Positions 39,585 through 52,036 of a DNA stretch of 64,000 nucleotides are shown piece by piece. The first letter of the stretch is position 1, and every line of letters begins with the position of its first letter. The position numbers and the translations under genes were made by a program. Source of the stretch: Heterodontus francisci (Eukaryota); assembly GCF_036365525.1 (NCBI RefSeq), contig NC_090385.1, positions 52,782,581-52,846,580 of the forward strand, written 5' to 3'. Below the pieces are notes generated by a model that was given only the letters and a program-made list of their open reading frames with translations, was not told the origin of the DNA and made no database searches.

Positions 39585-41100
39585 TGTTAGGAACAGAGGA
39601 ACAGGAGTAGACCATTCAGCCCTTCGAACCTGTTAACGGCATTCAATAAAATCATGAATGATCTGTATCTTTAACAATTCACCTGCCTGGCTCCATATCC
39701 TGTTATGCATTTATCTAGCAAAAATATATAGATCTCAGATTTAAAAGTTTTAATTGAGCTAGCATAGATCTGCTCTTTGCCTGAAGGAATATTTCTGACC
39801 TACTCTCCTGAATGGCCTGGCTCTGATTTTAAAGTTATCCCCTTTGTCCTAGATTCCCCTCAAGTGGGAAAAGTTTATTTCTTTACCCTATCAATTCTTT
39901 CTCAAAATCCAAAAAACCTCAATCAAATCACCCCTTAATCTTGTGTATTCCAGAGAATACAAGCCTAGTTTATATAACTTCTCATCACGCCTTGGTAACA
40001 TTCTGATTTAACTGCGCTGCACCCTCTCTTCCTAAAGTGTGGTGACCAAAACTGAACGCAATACTCTAGTTGGGGCCCAGCGTGTTATAAAGGTTCAACA
40101 TAACTTCCCTGCTTTTGTACTCAAAGTCTCCATTTATGAAGCCCAAGATTCCATATGCTTTGCTAACCACACATTCTCAATATGTACTGTCACCTTCATT
40201 GATGCATTTGCACCCTCGGGTCCCTCTGTTTCTGAACAAACACTCTTTAAAACTGTGCCATTAAGTCCATATTGCCTCTCCTATCCCTTCTGCCAAAATG
40301 CATCACGTCACACTTGTCTGTATTAAATTCTATCTGCCACTTCTCTGCCCATTCTGCTAGTCTATGTCCTGTTGCAAGCATTCATATCATCCTCATTGCC
40401 ACTCCTCCAAGTTTGGTATCATTAGCAAATTTTAAAATTTTACTCTGCATTCCAACATCCAAGTCATTTATATACAGCAAAAAAAAAAGCAGTGGTCCCA
40501 ACACTGACCCTTGGGGAACACCACTGTCTACCATCCTCCAGTCTGAAAAACATTTACCCAAACTCACTGTTTTCTGTCCTTGAGCCAACTTTTTATCCAA
40601 TTGGAAACTGACCTTCCTATTCCAGGAGCCTCAATTTTATTAACCAGCCTTTTATGTGGCGCTTTATCAAACACCTTCTTAAAATCCATATGGCCAACAC
40701 CCACTGCATTCCCTTCATCAACCTTCTCTGCTACTTCATCAAAACATTCAATTAAATTAGTCAAGCATAATCTGCCTTTCTCAAATCTGTGCTGGCTATC
40801 CTTAATTAACGCAAACCTCTTCAAGTGTCTGTTATTTCTCCCGATTTATTGTTTCTAAAACCTTAACCACCACTGAGGTTAAACTAACTGGCCTTGCAAC
40901 CTTTCTTGAATAAGGGTGCACATTTGCCACTCTCCAATCCTCTGGCACCCCCACCATCTAGGGTAGATTGGAAGATTATGGCAAGCCCTCCTGCTATCTT
41001 CACCCCCATATCCTTTAGCAAACTGGGATGTAATCCATCTGGACCCTAAGCATAGCCAACCTTTCCATGACCACCTCACTCTCCATTTTTACCCTATCCA
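39585..41100 (-). mobile_element. CR1 LINE fragment
   Basis: SGVPQGSVLGP..KFANDTKLGG; QHRFEKGRLCLTNL. Confidence 0.88.
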
Positions 41101-41229
41101 TTGCCTCTACAGTATTTAAGATGTGGCCTAACCAGGGCTTTCTATAAGTACAGGAAAACATCCTCTCCTTTTTATATTCTAAACACTCCCGCACAGTTAC
41201 CTCAAGTGCCCTCCTATTTCACATCTACT

Positions 41230-42132
41230 TGCTACCCCTCAGCAACATCATCCAAAAACATATCCGGTTCCACATGTGCTGATAGCTTTACCCTACCACC
41301 ACTTCTCTTGACCCTTCCATTGTCACTGCTGGTCTATCATCCAGAACTGGATGAGCAGAAATTTTCTCCAAATAAATATTAGGAAGACTGAAGCTGTTGT
41401 CTTTGGTTTCCACCACAAATTCTGTTCTCTAGCCTCCAACTCCATCTCTCTCTGGTAACTTTGAGGCTGAACCAGACTGTTTGCAACCTTGGTGCCATAT
41501 TTGACCCCGAGATGAGCTTCCGAACACTCATCCATGCCATCATGAAGACCACCTATTTCCGTAACATCCTCTGACTCTGTCCATGTCTCAGCTCATCTGC
41601 TGCTGAAACCCTTATTCAAGCCTTTACACTTGACTATTCCAACACACTCCTGGCCAACAGCCCATCTTATACCCCACATAAATTTGAACTAATCCAAAAC
41701 TCTGCTGCCTGAATCCTAACTCTCACCAAATCCTGTGTTTGCTGACCTACATTGGCTCCCAGTCTGATAATGCCTCAGTTAAAATTTTCATCCTTGTTTT
41801 CAAATCCTGGTATAGCCTCCCCACCCCCTCCACAACTCTAATCTCCTCAAGCCCTACAACCCTTTGAGATTTGTGTTCCCCTTGTGCATCCCCAATTTTA
41901 ATCACTGCACCATTGGTAACTGAAGGCACAGCTGCCAAGGCCTTGAGCTCTGGAATTCCCTCCCTAAAATTCTCTACCTCATTCCATTCCTTTAAAACCT
42001 AAACCTTTGACTAAGCTTTTGGTCATCTGTCCTCATCTCTGGCTTGGTGTTGAATTTTGTTTGATAATGCTCCTATGAAACACCTTGGGACATTCTGCCA
42101 TGTTGAAGGTGACTAAAGCTGCCAGTTGTTGT
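41230..42132 (+). mobile_element. L2-like LINE 3' fragment
   Basis: NLGAIFDPEMSF and LDYSNTLL motifs; L2-type end ...gttgttgt. Confidence 0.7.
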
Positions 42133-42370
42133 AGCCCTCTAGTTATAAAAGCTAACATTCCATTAGCCTTTTTTTCTGTGTGTACCTCACTACTACTTTT
42201 TAGTGATCTGTGTACATGAACTCAAGTCTCTTTTGGACCTTCACTGTTCCTAAATTTTCACATTATGTTGGGTGTAACCTTGTTGTGTATAGTTTCGTGT
42301 CATGTTCAAGACCCTTTAATGCATTTGCTGTAATTCATTGACCTAAATACCTCATTTTTATTTTCAAAAG

Positions 42371-42508
42371 GAAAATTTTGAGCTGAATCATGAGACTCTG
42401 TACCTGGCAGTGAAGCTGGTGGATCATTACCTGGCAATGACTGTGTGTATGAGGGAAACACTGCAACTGCTGGGTTCTACTGCAGTCCTAATTGCTGCAA
42501 AATTTGAT
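42371..42508 (+). CDS. CCNB3: Cyclin B3 coding exon 7
   Basis: ENFELNHETLYLAVKLVDHYLAMTVCMRETLQLLGSTAVLIAAKFD; aag| acceptor and |gtaagc donor. Confidence 0.97.
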
Positions 42509-42539
42509 GTAAGCACTTTTACCAGTCTTTATATGAGTC

Positions 42540-42992
42540 TAGTTCTTTGCCAGCCTCTCCTCTTCCACTCTCCAAACACCTGAACTCATTTAAAACTCTG
42601 CTGCCTGTATCCTAACTCGTACCAAGTTTCATTCACCCATCACCACTCCATGGCCTCATACCTATTTATCTCCAATTTTCTCCAGCCCTACAACTCTCTG
42701 AAAATGCTGTGTTCCTCCAACACTGGCTCTTGTACATTCCTCACCCCCTTCAACTCACCTTTGGCACCTGTGCCTTTAGCTGTTGAGGCCCTAAGCACTG
42801 CAATTCCCTCCTAAACCCCTCTTTCACTCTCACCACCTTTTTAAGATGCTGCTTAAAACTTGGCTCTTTCACCAAGCTTACGATCATCTGTTTTAATATG
42901 TCTTTCTTTGGCTCAGTATCGGTTTTTCTCTGATAATGCTCCAATTAATTGCCTTGTGTTGCTATAGGTGCTATATAAATACATTTATTTGT
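42540..42992 (+). mobile_element. L2-like 3' fragment
   Basis: Similar to 41670-42130; ends ggtgctatataaatac. Confidence 0.6.
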
Positions 42993-43668
42993 ACCTTGAG
43001 GGAACAGTTTTGGGAGTTAAAAGGGGGGGGGGGCGTGTTTATAATTAGGATTGGTATGTGCTGTCAGTGAGGGATATGGTATGTGACGCAATGAGCAAAG
43101 ATAGTTATTTTATGTAGTTTTCTAGCATCTGTATGGTATCAGCATGAAAATTAATCTAGTGTAAAAATTAATTTTATTATACTAAAAGGACAGCTACTGT
43201 CAATAAGCCTGTTAAAATGGCAATATAGTGCCAGGAATTAAGCTGTAGGATTCCAATTCTCCTCCACAAACCTCATGCCAAAGAGGTCATTTCCTGATGT
43301 TGGCTGCAATGTCAAGGGGAGGTGCTGATTGCATGTCTGGCCACTATGGTACCAATTGGTGAACATTTTTAGATGCTGTAAGCAAAAGTACATTGACCAA
43401 GGAAAGGTAAGCAGCTTTAAACCTCTATCCACTGTACCATAGATGTGCAATCTGTGCTGCAGGGGCTGGGAGTTTTGTTGGGAAGGGGGCAACACATTGA
43501 GAAAAACCTATGTAAAAAGAACAATACAAAGGTGGCAAAAAAGAGGAAGAAAAAAGACTAAATGGAAAAAATCCCTCCGCTATCTACATCAGCACAAAGT
43601 TAGCTTTACATTCCAAATAAAATGTGAAAATAAACTTGTATTGGGTGATACACGTTTGTCATTTTTAG

Positions 43669-43824
43669 GAGCGGTGCCCTCCCTGTGTGGATGACTTCTT
43701 GTATATCTGTGATGATGCATATCAAAGGGAGGAACTGCTTTCAATGGAAGTGAACATTCTCCGAACCCTGAAGTTTGACATCAATATTCCTGTGGCCTAT
43801 CGGTTCTTGAGAAGATATGCAAAG
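43669..43824 (+). CDS. CCNB3: Cyclin B3 coding exon 8
   Basis: ERCPPCVDDFLYICDDAYQREELLSMEVNILRTLKFDINIPVAYRFLRRYAK; the ERCPPCVDDFLYICDDAY stretch is characteristic of cyclin B3. Confidence 0.97.
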
Positions 43825-44185
43825 GTTGGTCACTTTTTTTTCTATAATTGGAACTAGAATTTTCAGTGCCACTTGCCTAAGCTTACTAGTGGTCAATATA
43901 CTCATTTGACACCAAGCACACAATTTTGTTTGTTCCCTCTGTTCTATTCCAGAAAGTTGGTGAAGGATAGTACTGAAGTCAATCTTTACAGTCTTGTAAT
44001 GTTTCAGTCTGTAAATAAATGCAAGCATACACCTAACTCAACCACACCCCATTTTCAAATAGTGTGCTCAAGTGAAACCCCAATTAATGCGCTCCACCTG
44101 CATATGATTAAACTCAATTAATATACAATTAACGCCCTCTTCTCCTGAAGGCACTTAACTGTTTCTGGGATATATTTGCTCTGTA

Positions 44186-45172
44186 ATAAAAACAGAAAGT
44201 GTTTGAAATACTCAGCAGGTCTGGCAGCATCTATGGAGAGAGAAAGCAGAGTTAACATTTCAGGTCAGTGACCTTTCATCAGAACTGGCAAAAGTTAGAA
44301 ATGTTTTAAGCAAATAAAGCAGTCACGGGGGAAGACAGAACAAAAGGGAAGATATTGATGGGACAGAGGGCCGGAGAGATTAACCGATGAGGAGGTCATG
44401 GGGCAAAGGCAAAGAGTGTGCTAATGGTGTGGTGAAAGACACTGCATTAGTGCAGTGAGATTGTTAATGAAAATCATGAACAGCCCTAACCAAAAGCATA
44501 AACATGAAAAAACCAGTGGGCAGGTACATGTTTTTTTAAATAAACAAAATAAAATAAAGTAAAAATAAAAAAGGGCCCGTCATGCTCTGAAATTATTGAA
44601 CTCACTATTCAGTCTAGTATGCTGTAGTGTGCCTAATCGGTAAATGAGGTGCTGTTCACTAGAACACTGCAGCAAGCCCAGCATAGAGGTGTAGGCATGA
44701 GAGCAGTGGGGTGTGTTGAAATGGCAAGCGACTGGAAGCTTGGGGTCACGTTTTTGGACTGAGCGGAGGTGTTCCACAAAGCGGTTACCCAATTTACGTT
44801 TGGTCTCCCCAATGTAGAGGAGACTGCATTGTGAGCAGCGAATACAATATACTAAATTGAAAGAAGTACAAGTAAATTGCTGCTGCACCTCAACGGAGTG
44901 TTTGGGGGCCTTGGATAGTGAAAGAGGAGGTAAAAGGGCAGGTATTACACCTCGTGCGATTGCATGGGAAGGTGCAGTGCGACGGGGATGAGGTGTCGGG
45001 GGTAATGGAGTGGATCAGGGTGTCTCGGAGGGCACAATCCCTTCGAAATGTGGGAGGGGAAGATGGGTTTGGTGGTGGCATCACATTGGAAATGGTGGAG
45101 GATGATCCTTTGGATGTGGAGACTGGTTGGGTGGAAAGTGAGGACAAGGGGAACCCTGTCGTGGTTCTGGGC
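44186..45172 (-). mobile_element. Penelope-like element 3' portion (GIY-YIG endonuclease plus terminal repeat)
   Basis: NLVYCIRCSQCSLLYIGETKRKLGNRFVEH; 14-bp TSD ATATTTGCTCTGTA (44172-44185 and 45173-45186). Confidence 0.92.
44250..44286 (-). ncRNA. Minimal type I hammerhead ribozyme motif in a Penelope terminus
   Basis: AGUU-CUGAUGA-A-AGGUC(ACU)GACCU-GAA-AUGU-U-AACU: conserved core with helix I AGUU/AACU and helix II AGGUC/GACCU. Confidence 0.75.
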
Positions 45173-45916
45173 ATATTTGCTCTGTAGTTTGAGACCATAA
45201 GAGGAGTGATGTGGTACTGCTGAGAGTGCAGAGAGCTTTTGTCTGTATCCAGCTCATGCTGTACCTAACCTAAGGAGATTTTTACTGCTTGCTACTATGT
45301 GCAAAGGGTGCTATTCACAGAATATTGATGGCATCATGATCTTCACCATCGAGCAGTACAAAGCTGTTGCCTTATGTTTTCCCCCTGTCCCTGCACACCT
45401 CCAAAAGAAAGCAGATAGAGAGAATAAGGCTATCAGGAAATTCTGTTTTGGGAACAGCAAGGTTTAAACATTGCTATCAATACTAAATATTCTCTGCTAT
45501 TTGGAGTTAATATTTGAGATGCCCTTGAAAATGACAAAAATTTACATGAAAGTAGGAAAGTATTCTCAACTGTCCAACTGAAAGTCTGGCATTTGAGAAC
45601 TATCTCTGAAATGTTATCTTACAGAAATAATAGTCAAAGTTACTAATCTTGCCTCTAGCTGATGCATCGAAGGGCTGCTTGGAAACTACTGTACTATTGT
45701 ATTATAATTGTGATATGTCACATTCATTTATGGGGGGGAAATGGGTTGAAGCTTGTCTGGGGATCAGAAGGGATGGTTAACTCACCTTGTGTATGTTTTT
45801 TCAGCAGTACAACTGTTCATGAGCTCTCTTCTGGTTGGAAATGTCAGTTTAGTTTTCAGAGTGCACTGCTAGACTAATCTGCCTGTGTTTTCTTACAATC
45901 TGAATAATGTTTACAG

Positions 45917-46066
45917 TGTGCTAGAGCCAACCTCGAGACATTGACACTTGCTCGATATATATGTGAGTTGACCCTGCAGGAATATGAATTTATCCGGGAG
46001 AGGGCTTCCAAATTGGCTGCATCCTGCCTGTTACTTGCCCTCAAGATGAAGGAGCTTGGAGGATGG
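45917..46066 (+). CDS. CCNB3: Cyclin B3 coding exon 9
   Basis: CARANLETLTLARYICELTLQEYEFIRERASKLAASCLLLALKMKELGGW; cag| acceptor and |gtgagt donor. Confidence 0.97.
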
Positions 46067-46501
46067 GTGAGTGCTAATTGCCAGTCGCCATATTAACACA
46101 CTGACTACTGTACCTCTTTTTTTTTTCTGTTATCTTTGCCACATGGTTCTGGTATATTTCCTGCTTCTAAACCTGTTGAAGCTCTCAGCTGACTATTGGG
46201 GCATTTGAGATAGTAACCCAGTAGATTCTACTTCCCAAGGAAAAATTGGGAAGAGGCATTTAACATCTGCTCCATGCTTTCCCCAAAACACTGCCTTTGT
46301 GCTTCTAGTGATTGTGGCATCATGTATTAATACTCCAATGTGCTGTGCCACTGTGTGGCCTCTTGCAATTTCAGTAATCAGGATATGCTATTTGAGGATA
46401 GGATGAGCTGATGAATTCATTCATGTTTCAACAGATCTATGGCAGTTTTAAATAGCAGTTTAGTCAGGAAATATTGCTTATTACACCCTCTTGTGTTTCA
46501 G

Positions 46502-46632
46502 ACTCCAACTCTGGAACATTATACTGGATACCAGGTCACTGATCTGCATTCACTGATGAGGAGACTGAACCTTTTACTTTACAGTAAGCCAGATGAAAAG
46601 TTGAAGGCTGTGCGGTACAAGTATGCTCACAA
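46502..46632 (+). CDS. CCNB3: Cyclin B3 coding exon 10
   Basis: TPTLEHYTGYQVTDLHSLMRRLNLLLYSKPDEKLKAVRYKYAH; AA|gtaaga donor, phase 2. Confidence 0.96.
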
Positions 46633-46769
46633 GTAAGAATTTAACTATGTGGCTGGCAACATTTCATTATATATGTTTAATACAACAGTATAAGTGGTAC
46701 ATCTTGCCTAGTCATGGCACGCTAACCTTTAGGAAAAAAATGTGGCATTCTGATTTCTAACTTCATATG

Positions 46770-47470
46770 AACAGGTGTAAGCTATTTAGTCCCTCAGCCT
46801 ATTCAGCCATTCAGTTGGACCATGGATGATCGGTACTCCAACCCCATTTTCCTCCATCAATCTGTATCCTTTGATCCACTTACTTAAGAATCCGTCTTGT
46901 ATTGACCTAGCATCCACAGGCTTTTGCGGAGAGAGTTCGATTTCACTATCCTTTGCATGACAAAGTGTTTCCTGATTTCACTCTAATATTAGGGTTGTAT
47001 CCCCTTGTGTGAATTCCCCCACCAAAGGCAACAGTTTCTTTGAATTACTTTATTATTTTAAAACCTCAATTAAATATCCCCTCAATCCTCCATTGTCAAG
47101 ACAAGACAACCCAAATTTATAAAACCTGACTTCAATTTAACTGTTAACCCCCAGTATCATTCTAGTGAGTCTGTGCTGCACCTCTTCCAAGGTCAGTCTT
47201 CTTGAGCTGCTGCAGTGCCTAGACTGAACACCGTACTCCAAACCGGGTCTGACCAAGGCTCTGTACGACTGAAGCACAACTTCCTCACCTTTTGAATTAC
47301 AGACCCCTTGTAATACAGGTCAACATGCCATAAGCCTTTTTGATTGCTTTTTGCACCTGTCCACTTGCTTTTAGTGATTTTTGTGTGCATAGGCACCCAA
47401 ATCTCTCCTCCTTCACAGTTCCTAGTTTCTCACCATTTAGAAAAAAACTGTCATTATTTATTCTTGATTT
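46770..47470 (-). mobile_element. CR1 3' fragment
   Basis: KAIKKAYGML motif and CR1-type 3' end. Confidence 0.8.
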
Positions 47471-47718
47471 ACTTATCACCAATTAAAGAATGGCCACTTG
47501 GTTGCGGTTTTGGATGCCTTTGTATACTAAGCGACATCTGGCAAAGAATAAAGATGGTGATTTGTGGTTCACGAGAGATTAGAACAGGTGCAGAGACTGA
47601 ACTGTAACAAATAGTTTGATTTGAAGGCACATTTGATTCGGTCTTGCTCTCTCTGTATTCTTTACACCGGTTTGTCCTTGAGGGTTTTCATTGCCTTTTT
47701 AATTGTTTTAATTCATAG

Positions 47719-47794
47719 GGTATTCTTCGAAGTAGCAAAAATTCCACCCATGGATGTTCTAAAGCTAGAAGAACAGCTGAGGTCGAACACTTAA
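47719..47794 (+). CDS. CCNB3: Cyclin B3 last coding exon
   Basis: KVFFEVAKIPPMDVLKLEEQLRSNT then TAA. The summed CDS is 1233 nt (410 aa plus stop) with all phases consistent. Confidence 0.96.
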
Positions 47795-49280
47795 TCTGAG
47801 GAAGTAGTGTTGCATCATCCGTATTCATGTATATAGTATGTAAATACTTGCAGCACTTGCTTAATATTTCTTTACTGTGATATCTCTGCTAAGCAGAAAC
47901 GATTGTGTAATTATTCATAATGGTCACTTATGCAGTAAATACATTGAAAGACAGTACCTGAATACCAAGATACAAGACAAATTAAAATTAGAATAGGCCA
48001 TTGCAGACTTTAAAAAAAAAAGTTAATTTTTTAAAGTCTAAAACCTTAAATGTAGTGCAAAAAAATCTATAAATATTGGCCTGTCAAAGACATAGCCCAG
48101 CTTATTTTATTTTCTGTCACAAGAATGGAAATAACATTAAGTACCTACTGAATGTATCATAGACTTTTTGATTTCCTAAAAAAGAAACTTTCATTTAAAA
48201 AAAAATGTACCAATCCCTAACTTTGTAGATTATAGATGGAACCAGCTTATTTCTTAGAACAAAGTGTTATTTAAAAGATTAATTGTCTTGTTGAAATAAT
48301 TAAGTTTCTAGGGAGTCCTGTTCTTGATCATGTACAGCATTCTGTAGTTTTTCTTTTTACCGTGGTAGTGAAAATGTTTTTTTATTTTAACTGAGAAAAT
48401 TTAATTTTCTTCATCCTACCCTCATTTTCAAAAATAAATTTCTTGCAGGCTAGGACAAGAAAAGAGCCAAAAGCAGCAAGCCTTTCTGCTCCTGAGTACT
48501 TTTTTGTTAATCTGCAACAACGTGCTAGACAGTAACACAAGCTAACTTGATATAATTTTTAATTCCTTTTATCTTTTCCCTTCTCTGCAACCACCCCCCC
48601 ACCCCTCCCCACACCACCACAGTTGAGGAAGTGGCTTTATTGCTGCTCGATCCAACCCATCTATTCCACCCTGCAGTGGGAACTCAACAAATGCAGGAGA
48701 AAATACATCCTGCCAATTTATGGCCAGTATTTCTGTATGCAACCAAACTATATTTTAAAAAGTCCATTATTTGTTAAATTTCATAATTTAGGATTGGGAA
48801 GAATGTAATACATTGGCTCAGAAGAAGCAATGTTTGCTAATCTTGTGCCTGTGTAACGTTCTTTGTTTGTTTATGCTAAAACAGAGTTTTAAAATTTACT
48901 AAAGGGCTGGTGTTTCAGGGGCCACTATCAACGAAGTAGATCAATTTCAAGTGCTGAATTTTTCAATGTTACTGTTAATCATACCACTTGTGATGTTTCA
49001 CTTGTTAATATAATGTGTATTTGAAACTATTTAAAGTGTGCTTTGGAAGCTATGTAATTTTTGTACATGTTCTGTATTTAAGTGTTTTTAAGCAAATGGC
49101 TTGTCATGGGCAAAAAATGAATATAGCATGTGTTTGTATGTAAATATATATATGTTTGGATACCTCTGATCCATACTTTCAGCATCTCTTGTTTTAAAAA
49201 CCCTTTCTTCCTTGTAAGTATGGCTAAGTTTCATTTATTTTATAAAATAGATTAAATGTATTTACTAACATGTCGTTGGT
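47795..49280 (+). promoter_or_regulatory. CCNB3: CCNB3 3' UTR with candidate poly(A) signals, Pumilio elements and CPE-like motifs (3' end approximate)
   Basis: AT-rich stretch with no recognised repeats; TGTATATA 47828, TGTAAATA 47839 and 49139; AATAAA 48433; TTTTAT 49238 followed by ATTAAA 49251. Confidence 0.55.
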
Positions 49281-49921
49281 GTAATTGTTGAAAAAAAAAA
49301 TCTTCAATTTTTGTCACTGTTTAATTGCCAGTTACATTAATCAGAACTGGGCTGCTTATTCACAAAACGAGTGTGCAATAATCCTATATTTTTAAGTAGA
49401 ATACCAAAATGATACTTTGCCCAGTGGATTTTATCTTTATTCATATTGAAGTTTGTATTGATTTTTTTATGGTGAGGGACATTAGTGCTAATTGAACAAT
49501 TTACTAGTTTTGGCACCAAGTTTTGTCATCCAGAATGCTCCATCAGGCATTGAACAGCTAGATAGAGAGTAAAACTCCCTCTTTTGTCCCAAAAATGTGT
49601 TTAGTATTTCCCCTCAGTAAATATAACTTGCACCAAATGCAGTTTTGTGTTGAGAACTGTCATCCACTGGGTGCTGAGTTTAGACTGATCCAAACTCGCT
49701 TCATCATATAATGTATGTACTTGATGTCAGTAACTGGTTTATTGGCCATATCATAAAGCCAAACAAAGTTTGAGCTTTGAACAGAGAAAGTCAGTGGTTG
49801 AAGACTAGGGTCAATGTAGCTTGAAGGCATCATCCATGATCAAGGTCTAAAAGCATGTAAGAATGCTAAGGCAAGAGTGCCATTAAGTTCAGGAACAAAT
49901 GCAGAAGAGTAGTCTTAAGTA

Positions 49922-50385
49922 AAGACAGAAAATGCTGGAATTACTTGGCGTGTCTGGTAACATCTGGAGAGACAGTTAATGTTTCAGGTCAATGGCCTTT
50001 CAACAGAACTAGGAAAAGTTAGAAATGTAACCGGTTTTAAGCAGGTGAAGTAGGGGATGGTGGGGGAAAAAGAATAGGGAAGGGCTGTGAAAGGGTGGAG
50101 TATTTGAATGACGAGTGGTAGTTGGACTGGGCCCAAGGGAGTGGTGATGGGCATAAAACGAACAAAGGATGTGCCTAGAGTAGGTATGTTGCCGTGTGAA
50201 GGAAAAACAAGAGAAAAACCAAAACATGCAAAGAAAGGGAAACATGGGGAAAGATTACAGTCTGAAGTTATTAAACTGAGTTTGGAAGGCTAAGTGCTTA
50301 TTTGAAAGAGGTGTTATTCCTCAAGCTTGCATTGAGCTTCAGTGGAACGCTGCAGCAGGCTGAGGACAGAGCGGTCACCGTGAGT
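49922..50385 (-). mobile_element. Degenerate Penelope terminal fragment
   Basis: Homologous to 44186-44700. Confidence 0.7.
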
Positions 50386-50404
50386 CTCTGATGTTTAAGA
50401 TGTA

Positions 50405-51295
50405 GAGACATAAAAAATAGGAGCAGGAGTAGGCCATTTGGACCTGCTCCGCCATTCAGAAAGATCCTGGCTGATCGTCTAATTCAGTACCCTGTTCCTG
50501 CTTTTTTTTCCTCCCCCATAATCCCTTGGGCATTAAGAAATATATTTACCTCCTTGAATATATTTAATGATTTGGCCTCCACTGCCTTCTCCAGTGGAGA
50601 ATTCCACAGGTTCACCACCCTCTGACTGAAGAAATTTCTCCTCATCTCGGTTCTAACTGTGACCCCTGATTCTGGAACATCCTCCCTGTACCTAGCTTAT
50701 ATAGTCCTGTTAGAATTTTATAGGTTTCTATGAGATCCCCTCACATTCTTCTTAACTCTAGTGCCTTTAGACCTAGTCAACCCAATCTCTCCTCATACGT
50801 CAACCCTGCCATCCCAAGAATCAACCTAGTAAATCTTCTTTGCACTCCCTCTAAGGCAAGAACATCCTTCCTCAGAGACCAAAACAGCACACAATACTCC
50901 AGATATGGTCTCAGCAAGGCCCTGTATAACTGCAGTAAGACATCCTTGCTCCTGTACTCAAATTTTCTTGCAATGAAGGCCAACATCCCATTCGCCTTCC
51001 TAATTTCTTGCTGCACCTGAATTCTTGCTTTCAGTGACTTGTGTAAAAGGACACCCAGGTCTCCTCGTACCTCGCCCTTTCCCAATCTATCACCATTCAG
51101 ATAACCTGTCTTTCTGTTTTTACAACCAAAGTGGATACCTCTCATTTATCCACGTTATACTGCATCTGCCATGTATTTGCCCACTCACCCAACTTGTCCA
51201 AATCACATTAGAGCCTCTTTGCACCCTCCTCAAAGCTCACTTTCCCCCCAGCTTTGTGTCGTCTGCAAACTTGGAAATGTTACATTTAGTTCCCT
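50405..51295 (-). mobile_element. CR1 3' fragment
   Basis: KANGMLAFIARKFEYRSKDVLLQLYRALLRPYLEYC. Confidence 0.88.
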
Positions 51296-51651
51296 GATTC
51301 ATGTTCTGTTATTAAAATGACTTGTTCTGTTTTGATAGATTGTGTAGTCATATGTGTAAGTAGTATGGAAACTTAAGTAGTTGGCAGCATATGAACAATC
51401 AATACCCATGTTCTCATGGTAGATCCAGTGATTTACTACATCTATATTGTGTTTAATATGGAAAAATATTGTCTTTGTGAAGTATTTTTGTAGAGGTCAC
51501 CCAGCCAAAGATGCAAAGATTAAGAAACGTGACTTAAAGTTTGGGCAGAAGTGGGTTAAGGAAGAAAGGGGGAATGGGTTCAGCAAGGAAATTCCAAACA
51601 GTTAGACCTAGGCGGCTGAAGGGAAGGTTTTTAAATAATAAAAAAAAAAAT

Positions 51652-52036
51652 ATTTCATGGGATGTGGGAGTCACTGGTAAGGCCAGCATTTGTTACCCAT
51701 CCCTAATTGCGTTGCTAGGTCATTTCACAGGACAGTTAAGAGTCAACCACATTGCTGCGGGTCTGGAGTTACATGTCGGCCAGACTCTAAGGATAGTAGA
51801 GTTCCTTCCTTAAAGGATATTTGTGAATCAGATGGGTTTTTACAACCATCGATAATAGTTTCATGGCACCATTACTGAGAATAGCTTTGAATTCCAGATT
51901 TTGTTTTTATTAATTGAATTTAAATTCCATCAGCTGCCATGGTGGGATTTGATCCTGTGTTCCCAAGGCATTAGCCTGGCCCTCTGGGATTAACTGGATT
52001 ACTAGTTCAGTGATATTACCACTACACTACTGTCTC
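51652..52036 (-). mobile_element. tRNA-derived SINE, DeuSINE/SacSINE1-like
   Basis: Minus-strand head gtagtggtaatatcactgaactagtaatcc..ggatcaaatcccaccatggcag; body ..tccagacccgcagcaatgtggttgactc. Confidence 0.7.
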
